This document shows positions 9,815 through 18,617 of a stretch of 38,390 nucleotides of DNA, in pieces. The notes beneath the pieces are model-generated. The model worked only from the letters and a program-made list of their open reading frames with translations. It was not told the DNA's origin and did not search any database. Origin of the DNA: Pseudomonadota bacterium (GTDB lineage: Bacteria; Pseudomonadota; Gammaproteobacteria; Acidithiobacillales; Acidithiobacillaceae); assembly GCA_021827445.1 (NCBI GenBank), contig JAKAVW010000001.1, positions 1-38,390 of the forward strand, given 5' to 3'. Made by a program: the position numbers and the translations under genes. Each line of letters begins with the position of its first letter. The stretch's first letter is position 1.

Positions 9815-9855
9815 CACCGTGTCATTAGCGACACAACTGGGGACGGAGAATTCAA

Positions 9856-11154
9856 ATGAAAAAATCACGGATTTTAGGAATTGCGGTTGGCGCGACGTTG
9901 GCGATGGGCCTGTCGGCCAGTGCGTTTGCTACAGATGGTTATCAGTTGATTGGTATTGGGCAGTATGCGATGGGTATGGCGGGTGCCGTTGTTGCGGCTC
10001 CGGATGATCCTCTGTCTGCGGCTATGAGCAACCCCGCAGGGATGGCTTTCCTGACGCCGCAGGCGGCATTTTCTGCCGAAATTTTTAATCCGATAAGAAA
10101 GGCCAATCTGGGCGCGGGTGAGATTGGTAGTCATAGCAATGTATATGGGATTCCTGCCATCGGTTGGGTTGCGCCGGCCTTTGCTAAGAATTGGGTGTTT
10201 GGTGGTGGCCTCTACGGCACGTCTGGCATGGGTGTGAACTATTTGCAAGACATGGGCGCCAGTGGATATGCCCAAGGCTTCAGCAGTCTCAGCTTTATGG
10301 AAATGGCGCCTACCGTGGCGTGGAAGGTGAATCATCGTTTGGCCGTTGGCGTCACGCTCAACGTGGCGGCAGAGCAGGTTTCTTTTCAGCAAACCATGAC
10401 GCAATACTTCCCCACTGGCCTGTCTGCTCCTTATCCGACGTCAGTGCCGGTGCAGGGAGGGTTGAATCTGTCTACGCCAAACTGGTCGTACGGTGTGGGC
10501 GCTACCCTAGGTGCCCTGTACAAGGTGAATGATATGGTAACGCTGGGCGCAACGTACAAGTCGCCGATGATCTTTACGCCGGTTACTTGGCAGGCGGGGG
10601 AACAGAACCTTGGACCTGGGGCTGTCGGTGGACCAGGCCAGTACAGTGCCCATTTGAATTACCCGCAACAAATTGCTCTAGGCCTTGCCATACGGCCCAT
10701 TCCGCAGTGGCTCATCAGCGTCGAGGGGCAGTGGATCAACTGGCATAACACCATGAACACATTTGATATCTATGGGCCATGGCAAGGGATGTCAGACTAC
10801 GCATTGCCCATGCACTGGAGCAATGAGTGGGTAGCCAATATCGGCACACAATATACGGTCAATAACTGGTTGCAGGTGCGTGCCGGTTACACCCATGGAA
10901 CGAACCCGATAGGCAACAAAAACATCAGCAATAATCTTATTTTGCCAGCAATCATGACAAATGCCGTCACCGTGGGTGCTACACAGAAACTGGGGATGGG
11001 GTGGAAGCTCACAGAAGCATATATGCACTCGTTTGCTGTTACCAATACGGGGCAGCCGGGTACGGCTTTCCTCGCGCCAGGAAATCCCAACGTTTCTCCA
11101 AGCACAACTATGTCTGAGAACTCCTACGGCCTTCAGATCGGTTACGACTTCTAA
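9856..11154 (+). CDS. OmpP1/FadL/TodX-family outer-membrane transport protein
   Basis: Signal peptide ending ASAFA; mature start TDGY; GMAGA...NPAGM (NPA motif of the FadL family); amphipathic beta-strands; C-terminal GLQIGYDF barrel signal. Confidence 0.88.
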   Translation: MKKSRILGIAVGATLAMGLSASAFATDGYQLIGIGQYAMGMAGAVVAAPDDPLSAAMSNPAGMAFLTPQAAFSAEIFNPIRKANLGAGEIGSHSNVYGIPAIGWVAPAFAKNWVFGGGLYGTSGMGVNYLQDMGASGYAQGFSSLSFMEMAPTVAWKVNHRLAVGVTLNVAAEQVSFQQTMTQYFPTGLSAPYPTSVPVQGGLNLSTPNWSYGVGATLGALYKVNDMVTLGATYKSPMIFTPVTWQAGEQNLGPGAVGGPGQYSAHLNYPQQIALGLAIRPIPQWLISVEGQWINWHNTMNTFDIYGPWQGMSDYALPMHWSNEWVANIGTQYTVNNWLQVRAGYTHGTNPIGNKNISNNLILPAIMTNAVTVGATQKLGMGWKLTEAYMHSFAVTNTGQPGTAFLAPGNPNVSPSTTMSENSYGLQIGYDF

Positions 11155-11177
11155 AAAATCCCTCCTCAGGGTATGCG

Positions 11178-11203
11178 GGAGACGGGCAACCGTCTCCTTT
11201 TTT
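11178..11203 (+). terminator. Rho-independent terminator after the FadL-like gene
   Basis: GGAGACGG-GCAA-CCGTCTCC followed by T6. Confidence 0.88.
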
Positions 11204-11270
11204 GTGGGTGCCTTGCATGGGGAGGGGGTTTTGGGGGAATATATAGCCGACCGTATTGCTAGGGATTGTC

Positions 11271-11681
11271 ATGAAGTCGATACCGATTACCGATGTGAGC
11301 AGCCTGAAAAATGAGCTGAAAAAATACAAGATGGGGAAGAAGCTGGAGATTCCCCGTTTCAATCAATTGGCGCGCATGGCCTACATGGGGCGGCTGGTGA
11401 TGACGCCGCTGGACCCGGAAGACCCCTCCTGCAAGTCTTTTTTGGTGCATATTCAGGAGCCGCAAGGACTGGCGGCGCATTTCATCGAGCTGGACGAGGA
11501 CCTGCAGGATACCATTCTGATCCTCGACAGTGAGCAGTCCATGGCCATGGCAGGGATCATGCAGGCGGGCGTGGAAGAGCGGGTGCGCTGGCATCAGGCC
11601 CTCAATGAGCGCGACTTCTACCTCTCGGTTTTTTACCGTCCGAAGGATAAAGAGATGCAAGCGGAGGCCACGGAGAGCTGA
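11271..11681 (+). CDS. Conserved hypothetical protein
   Basis: Protein-like ORF with typical codon usage; ATG 11271 after AGGGA. No family recognised. Confidence 0.75.
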   Translation: MKSIPITDVSSLKNELKKYKMGKKLEIPRFNQLARMAYMGRLVMTPLDPEDPSCKSFLVHIQEPQGLAAHFIELDEDLQDTILILDSEQSMAMAGIMQAGVEERVRWHQALNERDFYLSVFYRPKDKEMQAEATES

Positions 11682-11690
11682 TGAGCGCGG
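11671..11690 (+). repeat. 20-bp direct repeat, copy 1 (CGGAGAGCTGATGAGCGCGG)
   Basis: Exact match to 13190-13209. Confidence 0.85.
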
Positions 11691-11723
11691 GTTGATCGCT
11701 TCGGTCGGTTGCATTTGCAGGTG

Positions 11724-12731
11724 ATGCGAATCCGCTTGATCCATCTGGGGACTCTGGCTCCGGAGGCGCTGCACCGCGCCTATGTCGGTCTGGCGGAGGC
11801 GCAGGGTGAGCGGGATGTGCCCATCCTGCTGTTGGCACAGTCTGGCGCCCATCTGAGCCTGGGGGCTGCACAGGGGCCGGGTGCGGAACTGGATCGGTCG
11901 GCTTGCGAGCGGCTGAGGATTCCGGTGGTGCAACGAGCCCTGGGTGGTGGTCTGGTCTGGGTAGATCCTGGTCAACTGAATTATTTCTTTATCTTTCCCG
12001 CTGCTGCAGGAATATGTCGCGCGCCTGAGTTGTTCGCCCTGATTGCCCCTTGGGTGATTGCTGTGCATGCGTATTTCGGCCTGAAAGTGGAGCCAAGGGA
12101 AGGGCATGATTTCTGGTATCAAGGGCGCAAGATCGGTGGTACCGGGGCCGCGACTATCGGGCACAGTCTGGTGCTGGGCGGCAGCTTCATCCTGGAGGCG
12201 CAGTGGGCGTCCTTTGTGGACTGCGTGGCAGCGCCTTCGGCGGATTTTCGCACATGGCTGACAGCGGCGTTGCAGGAAGGATTGTGTAGCTGGTCGCAGT
12301 TGCTGGACAGGGTAGTGGAGCCAGGTGCGGTGCTGGCAGCCTGTCCGATGTTGCTGCAGGCTGCAGGCTATGAACTGACCCTCCCGACAGAGCCTACGGA
12401 GGCAGAACGGTATGCGATGGGTCAGGCGGAGCTGGACGACGCGGACTGGGATCAGCCGCTCCGTCGTCGGGTGCGCGCCGGGATCAAACTCAAGGCGGAA
12501 GCTTTTCTGACGGAGCAACGCTGGCCGGAGGGCGACTGGTTGCGGGTGTGGACGGAAAATGGTGCCTTTCGGCGTGTCGCGGGTTCGGCCTGGTCGGTGG
12601 GGCAGGGGACCCGGTTAATAGGCCTGCAGCCTGATTCTGTCCAGCTTGGTGAACAGTTGCGAGAAATTGTCGGCAAAGAGGCTTCGCTCTGGGGTGAACG
12701 ACTGTTAGAAACGGCAGTCTGGGCGGATTGA
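11724..12731 (+). CDS. Second lipoate:protein ligase / octanoyltransferase-like protein (LipM-like)
   Basis: VVQRALGGGLVWVD and DFWYQGRKIGGTG motifs of the BPL/LplA/LipB family; divergent from the 6319 ligase. Confidence 0.8.
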   Translation: MRIRLIHLGTLAPEALHRAYVGLAEAQGERDVPILLLAQSGAHLSLGAAQGPGAELDRSACERLRIPVVQRALGGGLVWVDPGQLNYFFIFPAAAGICRAPELFALIAPWVIAVHAYFGLKVEPREGHDFWYQGRKIGGTGAATIGHSLVLGGSFILEAQWASFVDCVAAPSADFRTWLTAALQEGLCSWSQLLDRVVEPGAVLAACPMLLQAAGYELTLPTEPTEAERYAMGQAELDDADWDQPLRRRVRAGIKLKAEAFLTEQRWPEGDWLRVWTENGAFRRVAGSAWSVGQGTRLIGLQPDSVQLGEQLREIVGKEASLWGERLLETAVWAD

Positions 12732-12788
12732 GCCCGTCGGTGCTGGCGGCTTGTTTCCAATCAATGGCAATGTAATGGAGGTGGCCTG

Positions 12789-13166
12789 GTGCCCAGTATC
12801 AGCGATCGGATGCGCAAGCGTTTTATTCTCATGGCGAGTGATCCGGAACTACGCACGGCGGTTGTGATGACGACGCCCGAAGGCTGGGAGATGACGGCGG
12901 CGACGGACTTGGACGACCTCGGCGATTGGCAGGAAGTCCTGCTGCATCGTTTTGTGCTGCTCAATCTGGATGATCCGGAGATTGCGGATCCTGTTGAGCT
13001 GATTGACACCTTGCGGCGGGAATATCAGTTGAATATTGCGATATTTTGTCTGGGCGGGAGCCAGGAGCGGCGGGATGCAGCGCGTTCGGCACGAGCGGAT
13101 CGTTTTTTTGACCGGGATGCAGGTTTGCAGCGTCTGCCGGAATTTTTTGCCCAGTTTGGCTGGTAG
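12789..13166 (+). CDS. Hypothetical protein with a degenerate receiver (CheY-like) fold
   Basis: (beta/alpha)5 pattern FILMASD...GWEM...FVLLNL...IAIFCLG...ADRFF; GGAGG RBS. Confidence 0.65.
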   Translation: MPSISDRMRKRFILMASDPELRTAVVMTTPEGWEMTAATDLDDLGDWQEVLLHRFVLLNLDDPEIADPVELIDTLRREYQLNIAIFCLGGSQERRDAARSARADRFFDRDAGLQRLPEFFAQFGW

Positions 13167-13189
13167 ATGCCGGAGTACCGCTCATCGGC

Positions 13190-13209
13190 CGGAGAGCTGA
13201 TGAGCGCGG
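13190..13209 (+). repeat. 20-bp direct repeat, copy 2, within a hairpin between convergent genes
   Basis: Exact match to 11671-11690; CGCTCATCGGC (13179-13189) can pair with GCTGATGAGCG (13196-13206). Confidence 0.8.
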
Positions 13210-13223
13210 TCAGCTACGCAGTG

Positions 13224-13547
13224 TCAGCCGACTTTAGCGTGGGCCTCGGTGTCCAGCAGCAGGTCGTGGCTTTCGCTCTGGCCGTCGGCGCTGACGGTGA
13301 GAGTGGCGATACGGATGCCGGCGTCCTTGAAGGTGATTTCGTAGGAGAAAATGCCGGGCAATTCGAGGCTGGCTTCTTTCAGGGTCTTGCCTTCGCAGGT
13401 GACGCTGATCTTGGCGCTGCCTTTGCCTTCCAGCATGGCCTGAATCCGGAAAGGATGGCCGGCGACACGGCGATAGACTTGCGGGTCGCGGTTGGCGTTG
13501 TATTGCAGGTTGTTGAGTTTGACCATTTTGATCAGATTCGTGCTCAT
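13224..13547 (-). CDS. Hypothetical beta-rich protein (107 aa)
   Basis: Clean ORF with AAGGGG RBS and strong codon bias; alternating beta-strand pattern. No family recognised. Confidence 0.75.
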   Translation of the reverse strand: MSTNLIKMVKLNNLQYNANRDPQVYRRVAGHPFRIQAMLEGKGSAKISVTCEGKTLKEASLELPGIFSYEITFKDAGIRIATLTVSADGQSESHDLLLDTEAHAKVG

Positions 13548-13667
13548 GATAGCCCCTTCTTAATCACACTATAAAATGAATTGTACACGCATTCAGCTAA
13601 AACGCTCTTATCCTAGACGAAAATCGCCCGGAGTGATAGCGGGGCGCGACCGTGAAACCCATCAGGA

Positions 13668-14078
13668 GTGATGATGACCGAGTCAAACGAGTTAATTGGT
13701 GCATTAGATGCAGCGCAGGAGCGTATTGAAGTGCTGGCGCGGCAGCAGGTTGACGGGATGGCGTTGCCGGAACTGGTGGCGGCAGGTGTGGAAGAAGCGG
13801 CAGCCATGTTGCGTATCATGCTGGTTGCAGAGCACAGGCCCTATGTCAGTGGTGCGGATTTGCTGGAGTTGTGGAAAACGCTGGTGAAGGGCTCACCCCA
13901 CTGGAATACCCTTCGCGACAATTGCCGTGAACTGGTTTACTACCAGAACTGTCTGAACGCAGAGCGTGCTGATGCACTGCCCGCACAGCCGGAGCGCATG
14001 GTGATTCATACCCTGCGCCATATCTATCTATACCTGCGTAGTCATGTCGAGCAAAATCATGGGGACAAATATGAGTGA
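13668..14078 (+). CDS. Hypothetical helical protein
   Basis: AGGAG RBS; stop overlaps the start of the cbbQ-like gene (ATGAGTGA). Confidence 0.75.
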   Translation: MMMTESNELIGALDAAQERIEVLARQQVDGMALPELVAAGVEEAAAMLRIMLVAEHRPYVSGADLLELWKTLVKGSPHWNTLRDNCRELVYYQNCLNAERADALPAQPERMVIHTLRHIYLYLRSHVEQNHGDKYE

Positions 14079-14901
14079 GACGAAAATGGCAGAGAGCAAC
14101 GGCTTGCGTTTGCCCTTCGAGGAGCCGTTTTATCAGCCGGTGGCGAATGAGGTAAGGGTGTTCATGGCGGCCTGGGATCGGCGTCTGCCGGTCATGCTCA
14201 AGGGGCCGACAGGTTGCGGCAAGACCCGCTTTCTGGAGCACATGGCGTGGCGCTTGAAGCGGCCGCTGGTGACCGTAGCCTGCCATGAAGACCTCACCAG
14301 TTCAGACCTGGTCGGGCGCTTTCTGATCGAGGGCGACGAAACGGTCTGGCAGGACGGCCCGTTGACTAAAGCGGTGCGGGAGGGGGCAATCTGCTATCTG
14401 GATGAGATTGTTGAAGCGCGTACCGATACCACGGTCGTCATCCATCCGCTGACCGATCATCGCCGTCATCTGCCCATTGAGAAGCTCGGCGTGGAGATTA
14501 TTGCGCACCCCGATTTTATGCTGGTGATTTCCTACAATCCGGGCTACCAGACGGTGCTGAAGGACCTCAAGCCTTCGACCAAGCAGCGTTTTGTGGGGAT
14601 GAATTTCAACTATCCGCCCGCCGATGTGGAAACCCGGATTGTGATGAAAGAGGCGGGCATGGATGAGAGCCGGGCCAGGGCGCTGGTGGCGGCGGCGGGT
14701 AAGGCGCGGAACCTCAAGGATCAGGGATTGCAGGAAGTGACCTCTACCCGCGCCCTGATCTATGCGGGTGCGCTGATGGTGGCGGGTCTGGACGCGCTGG
14801 AGGCCTGTACCGTGGCGATCATCCATCCGCAGACGGATGATCCGGAGTTGGCTGAGGCGCTGCTGGAGATTTTTCGGACCTTTTTCCCGGAGCAGGGCTA
14901 A
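14071..14901 (+). CDS. cbbQ: CbbQ/NirQ/NorQ-family MoxR AAA+ ATPase
   Basis: Walker [22 protein letters not shown], Walker [27 protein letters not shown]. Confidence 0.92.
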   Translation: MSETKMAESNGLRLPFEEPFYQPVANEVRVFMAAWDRRLPVMLKGPTGCGKTRFLEHMAWRLKRPLVTVACHEDLTSSDLVGRFLIEGDETVWQDGPLTKAVREGAICYLDEIVEARTDTTVVIHPLTDHRRHLPIEKLGVEIIAHPDFMLVISYNPGYQTVLKDLKPSTKQRFVGMNFNYPPADVETRIVMKEAGMDESRARALVAAAGKARNLKDQGLQEVTSTRALIYAGALMVAGLDALEACTVAIIHPQTDDPELAEALLEIFRTFFPEQG

Positions 14902-14910
14902 GGAGCACCC

Positions 14911-17406
14911 ATGTCGGCGGCGACGGAGGATATCCTCGACCATCTGGCGGCCGTCAGTTTTGTGGCGGGGCGGGATGCGCGAGCGGCTTTACCAGTGGTC
15001 ACTCCGTTGGGGGAGGCGGGAACCTTACGTTATTTGGAGACGGGACGGGATTTGTTTTTCTATGACCGGGAAGCAGGCAAGGCGTTTTTCCATGCCACCG
15101 CCGATCTGATAATGACCTTTGAGGGTCTGGATCCCTGGCTGGATCAGGCGCGGGTGTTTCTCAGCCAGCGCGGCACCTTTCGGGCGGCGGTGGGCTTCTT
15201 CGAGCAGGCCAGTGCGGTACGCCGGGGTTGGGGCGCAGAGGGGGAAGCGTTGTGGTTTGCCTTGGGTGCGGCCTGGATCGACCGGCATGTGGACAGTGCG
15301 GCATCCTATTTCCGGGTACCTGTAGCGATTCTGTTTGGTGATGCAGGAGTTGAGGGGCTGCGGGCGCTGCTGACACCGGCTGAAGTTCTCGCCAAGGGGC
15401 GTCTGGGGCTGGGGACGTATCTGGACGGTGCCATCAAGGTGCGCGGCATCTGTGGTCTGGAGGGCGTGGCGGAATGGACGCGGCGTGGCGGCGATGTGCT
15501 GGCGGCGGGCAGGGTGCGTGGTGAGGCCTGGTTCCGACTGGAGAGTGATGAGGCGCGCAGCTTTTTGCTGGAGGTCCTGCCCGGCTTTCGTATGGGAACC
15601 CACAAGCGGCTCTTCGGGCTCCTGCTCCAGGCCTGGACCGGGCTGCATCTGCCCTTGGAAGAGGGGAACTGGAGCCTGGAGGGTGGGCGCAGTTTTGTCG
15701 AGACCGACGGGCGCAGTCTCTTTGTGCCGGCGGTGATGCCCGACCGGGAAGAGGCTTTGCTGGCCTTCTACCATACCGGTGCGCATCTGGTCTTTGACAG
15801 CTATGAGCAAGATGCCATCCATGCCCTTTTTGCCGAGATCGGTGTGCAGCATCCGCCTCTGGATCCCGACCAGCGGATCACCTGGCGGCCGCTGTTCGCC
15901 CAGTTTGGCGACGATATGATTCGTTTTCAGCTGATTTTTGATCTCTGTGAAGATCTGCGTGTGGATAGCGCGCTGGAGCGGGAGATGCCCGGTTATCTGG
16001 CGCGGGTGCTGCGGGCATCCCGTCAGCGCAGGCGGCCGGAAGGGGGTGCCGGGCGCTATTATCAGGCGGCTGTGAATATGCTGGAAGATGGCATGGCCGG
16101 AAGATTGCCCGGGGATCTTGCCATGTTGATGACGGCACAAACCGGCATTGTTGACGCCTTCCGGGCAGCGCTCACTCTCTATGCAACGACGGATTTGCCG
16201 CCGATCTCCTTGTCTGAGCGCGCCCGCGCCTATCTGCCCGGCCATTCGCCCAATGCGGCACGACCGGTGTATCCGCGCCAGAAGCGCGGTACGGATGTTC
16301 CGGAGATGGATGGCGGCGGTGAACTGGGTGCTGCCGGCCATGAGGAAAAACCGCGAGAGGCCCCGCAACAGGCCGAAGGCAATGATCCGGATATGGATAT
16401 TCCCCCTGAGGATATTCAGGGGACCGGCGGGCGGGTCGGGGTCGGTATTCCCATGCCCGCCAAGGTCATGGGCAGTGGTCGCGGGGTACAAGGGCCTAAA
16501 GGTGGCTGGCCTTATCGCGAATGGGACTACCGTCAGCAGAGCTATAAAGAGGGCTGGGCGCGGGTGCATGAGCGTCCGCTGCGTGAACACGATGAGGCCA
16601 AGGCTATCGCCATTGCCGCCGAATATGACGGCACGTTAAGGCGTTTGAAGCGGGCCTTGCAGGCACAGAAGCCGACGCGGATGGCGCCGCGCCGTCGCCA
16701 GTACGAGGGTGACGAGCCCGATTTGGAGGCCGCAGTGCAGTTTGTGGTGGAGCGGCGCGCGGGACATTCGCCTAAAGCCGGTATCTACCTGCAACGGCGA
16801 CCGCAACAGCGAGATACTTCGGTACTGCTGCTCGCCGATCTGTCTACCTCCATTATGGCGGAGGCCGGAGATTCCGGCGTGCGGGTGGTGGATCGCTTGC
16901 GCTCGGCAATGCTGCTCTTTGGTGAGGCACTGGTGGAAGTAGGCGATCCTTTTGCCCTTTACGGATTCGCCAGCAAGTATCACGACGAGGTGTTGCTTTA
17001 CCCCATCAAGCGATTCACCGACAAATTTGATGCGCGGGCGCGGGCCTTGCTCGGCGGCCTGTCCGGGCGGCTGGCGACGCGCATGGGTGCCGCCATTCGT
17101 CATAGCTCGCGACTGATGCTGCGGAGTCCGGCGCAGCGGCGTTTGCTGTTGATCCTGTCGGACGGTCGTCCGGCAGATTATGACGATGCCGGTGATTCCC
17201 GCTATCTGCAGGAAGATACGCGCATGGCGGTGAAGGAGGCGCAGGACTTGGGTATCCACGCCTTTTGCATCAGTCTCGACCCGTGCGGCGGTGAATATCT
17301 GCCGCTGGTTTTTGGCCACGGACATTATCTCGTGCTGCCCCATCTCGATAGCCTGCCGACGCGCCTGCCCGAGATTTACCTGCGCCTGCGCGGTCACAAC
17401 GCATGA
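14911..17406 (+). CDS. cbbO: CbbO/NorD-like vWA-domain adaptor protein
   Basis: C-terminal vWA with MIDAS DLSTS, TRMGAAIRH, LSDGRPADYD; YREWDY motif; AAGGAG RBS; follows the cbbQ-like gene. Confidence 0.85.
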   Translation: MSAATEDILDHLAAVSFVAGRDARAALPVVTPLGEAGTLRYLETGRDLFFYDREAGKAFFHATADLIMTFEGLDPWLDQARVFLSQRGTFRAAVGFFEQASAVRRGWGAEGEALWFALGAAWIDRHVDSAASYFRVPVAILFGDAGVEGLRALLTPAEVLAKGRLGLGTYLDGAIKVRGICGLEGVAEWTRRGGDVLAAGRVRGEAWFRLESDEARSFLLEVLPGFRMGTHKRLFGLLLQAWTGLHLPLEEGNWSLEGGRSFVETDGRSLFVPAVMPDREEALLAFYHTGAHLVFDSYEQDAIHALFAEIGVQHPPLDPDQRITWRPLFAQFGDDMIRFQLIFDLCEDLRVDSALEREMPGYLARVLRASRQRRRPEGGAGRYYQAAVNMLEDGMAGRLPGDLAMLMTAQTGIVDAFRAALTLYATTDLPPISLSERARAYLPGHSPNAARPVYPRQKRGTDVPEMDGGGELGAAGHEEKPREAPQQAEGNDPDMDIPPEDIQGTGGRVGVGIPMPAKVMGSGRGVQGPKGGWPYREWDYRQQSYKEGWARVHERPLREHDEAKAIAIAAEYDGTLRRLKRALQAQKPTRMAPRRRQYEGDEPDLEAAVQFVVERRAGHSPKAGIYLQRRPQQRDTSVLLLADLSTSIMAEAGDSGVRVVDRLRSAMLLFGEALVEVGDPFALYGFASKYHDEVLLYPIKRFTDKFDARARALLGGLSGRLATRMGAAIRHSSRLMLRSPAQRRLLLILSDGRPADYDDAGDSRYLQEDTRMAVKEAQDLGIHAFCISLDPCGGEYLPLVFGHGHYLVLPHLDSLPTRLPEIYLRLRGHNA

Positions 17407-18617
17407 CGGGCGAGGTACAGGCGGTCGTTGGCAGAATGAGTGAGCGGGAGATGCTGCGCCTGCAGATCGCCGCGACCCGTCCCGCGATTTTTGTCGGGGC
17501 GGCGCGTTACCGGCGGGCGAGTTATGGGAGTAACCATCCCCTGGCGATTCCGCGGGTGTCCCTGACCCTGGACCTCATCAATAGCTACGGGGCCATGGCG
17601 CCGGAAGAATACCGGCAGGGCCGCCCGGCCAGCCATCGGGAGCTCTTTGGCTTTCATACCAAAGATTACATACAGGCCTTTGAGCGCGCCCAGTTTCGCG
17701 GTGGTGTGCAGGACAGCGATCGCCAGCGTTATCAGCTGGGGACGTTGGAGAATCCCTATTTCCCCGGTTTTTTCGACACACCCTCCCTGGCTACCGGTTC
17801 CAGCGTGCTCGCGGCGGAAGCCGTGCTGGAAGGCGTAACCGCCTTCAGCCCCGCAGGCGGAATGCACCATGCCGCACCGGGTCAGGCCCGTGGCTTTTGC
17901 TATTTCAACGACCCAGTGTTGGCCATCCAGCGTTTGCGTCGCGCTGGTTTGCGGGTGCTGTACTGGGATATGGATGCCCACCACGGTGACGGGGTGGAGG
18001 CGGCCTTTGTGGAGGACTCCGACACCCTGACGGTCTCCCTGCACATGGATACGGACTACGCCTACCCCTCTCAGGGCGGGAAGCTCAGCGATTGGCCGGG
18101 CTTGGCGGTTAATCTGCCTTTGCCCAAAGAAGTGAATGACAGTGAGTATGCTCTGGCTTTTGCGGTGTTGTGGCCTCGCGTTTTGCAGCACTTCGATCCA
18201 GATGTCGTCGTTTTGCAGGCGGGCACCGATATCCTCGCACCCGACCCCTTGAGCAAGTTCCGGGTCTCCAACGGCCTGTTCTGGCAGGTCGTACGCCAGA
18301 TTGTCGCGGAAAGTCCGCGTCTGCTGGTGCTGGGCGGGGGTGGTTATCATCCCGTTGCCCTGGCGCGCTGCTGGACGGGGCTTTGGGCTATTTTGAGCGG
18401 ACGTTCGTTACCCGCGGAATTGCCTGCGGCCGGGCGGGTGCTGCTCAAGGCCGTCGAATGGGAGCTGGACGATGAGGATGTGCCGGACTATGGTCAGCAG
18501 TTCCTGTCGCTGGAAGATGCACCCCAATCCGGCCCGGTGCGCGCCGATCTGCATGAGCGCTTGGATTTTTTGCTGCAACACCACCCTCTCTTTGCCAACA
18601 GGAGTAACGCTGCGTGA
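17403..18617 (+). CDS. Histone deacetylase/AcuC-family Zn-dependent deacylase
   Basis: HPL, GGMHHA, GFCYFND, DMDAHHGDG, SLH, AGTD...DPLS and GGGGY motifs all intact; ATGA overlap with the cbbO-like gene. Confidence 0.9.
   Translation: MTGEVQAVVGRMSEREMLRLQIAATRPAIFVGAARYRRASYGSNHPLAIPRVSLTLDLINSYGAMAPEEYRQGRPASHRELFGFHTKDYIQAFERAQFRGGVQDSDRQRYQLGTLENPYFPGFFDTPSLATGSSVLAAEAVLEGVTAFSPAGGMHHAAPGQARGFCYFNDPVLAIQRLRRAGLRVLYWDMDAHHGDGVEAAFVEDSDTLTVSLHMDTDYAYPSQGGKLSDWPGLAVNLPLPKEVNDSEYALAFAVLWPRVLQHFDPDVVVLQAGTDILAPDPLSKFRVSNGLFWQVVRQIVAESPRLLVLGGGGYHPVALARCWTGLWAILSGRSLPAELPAAGRVLLKAVEWELDDEDVPDYGQQFLSLEDAPQSGPVRADLHERLDFLLQHHPLFANRSNAA

Noticed and set aside
13167-13574. 135-aa plus-strand ORF
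   Set aside because: It is the antisense of the 107-aa minus-strand ORF, which has the better RBS and codon pattern.
15025-16590. 521-aa minus-strand ORF, and other long antisense ORFs (e.g. 11259-12518, 8283-9290, 17394-18350, 25429-26445)
   Set aside because: They lie fully opposite well-supported genes, have no recognisable motifs, and are typical shadow ORFs of GC-rich coding DNA.
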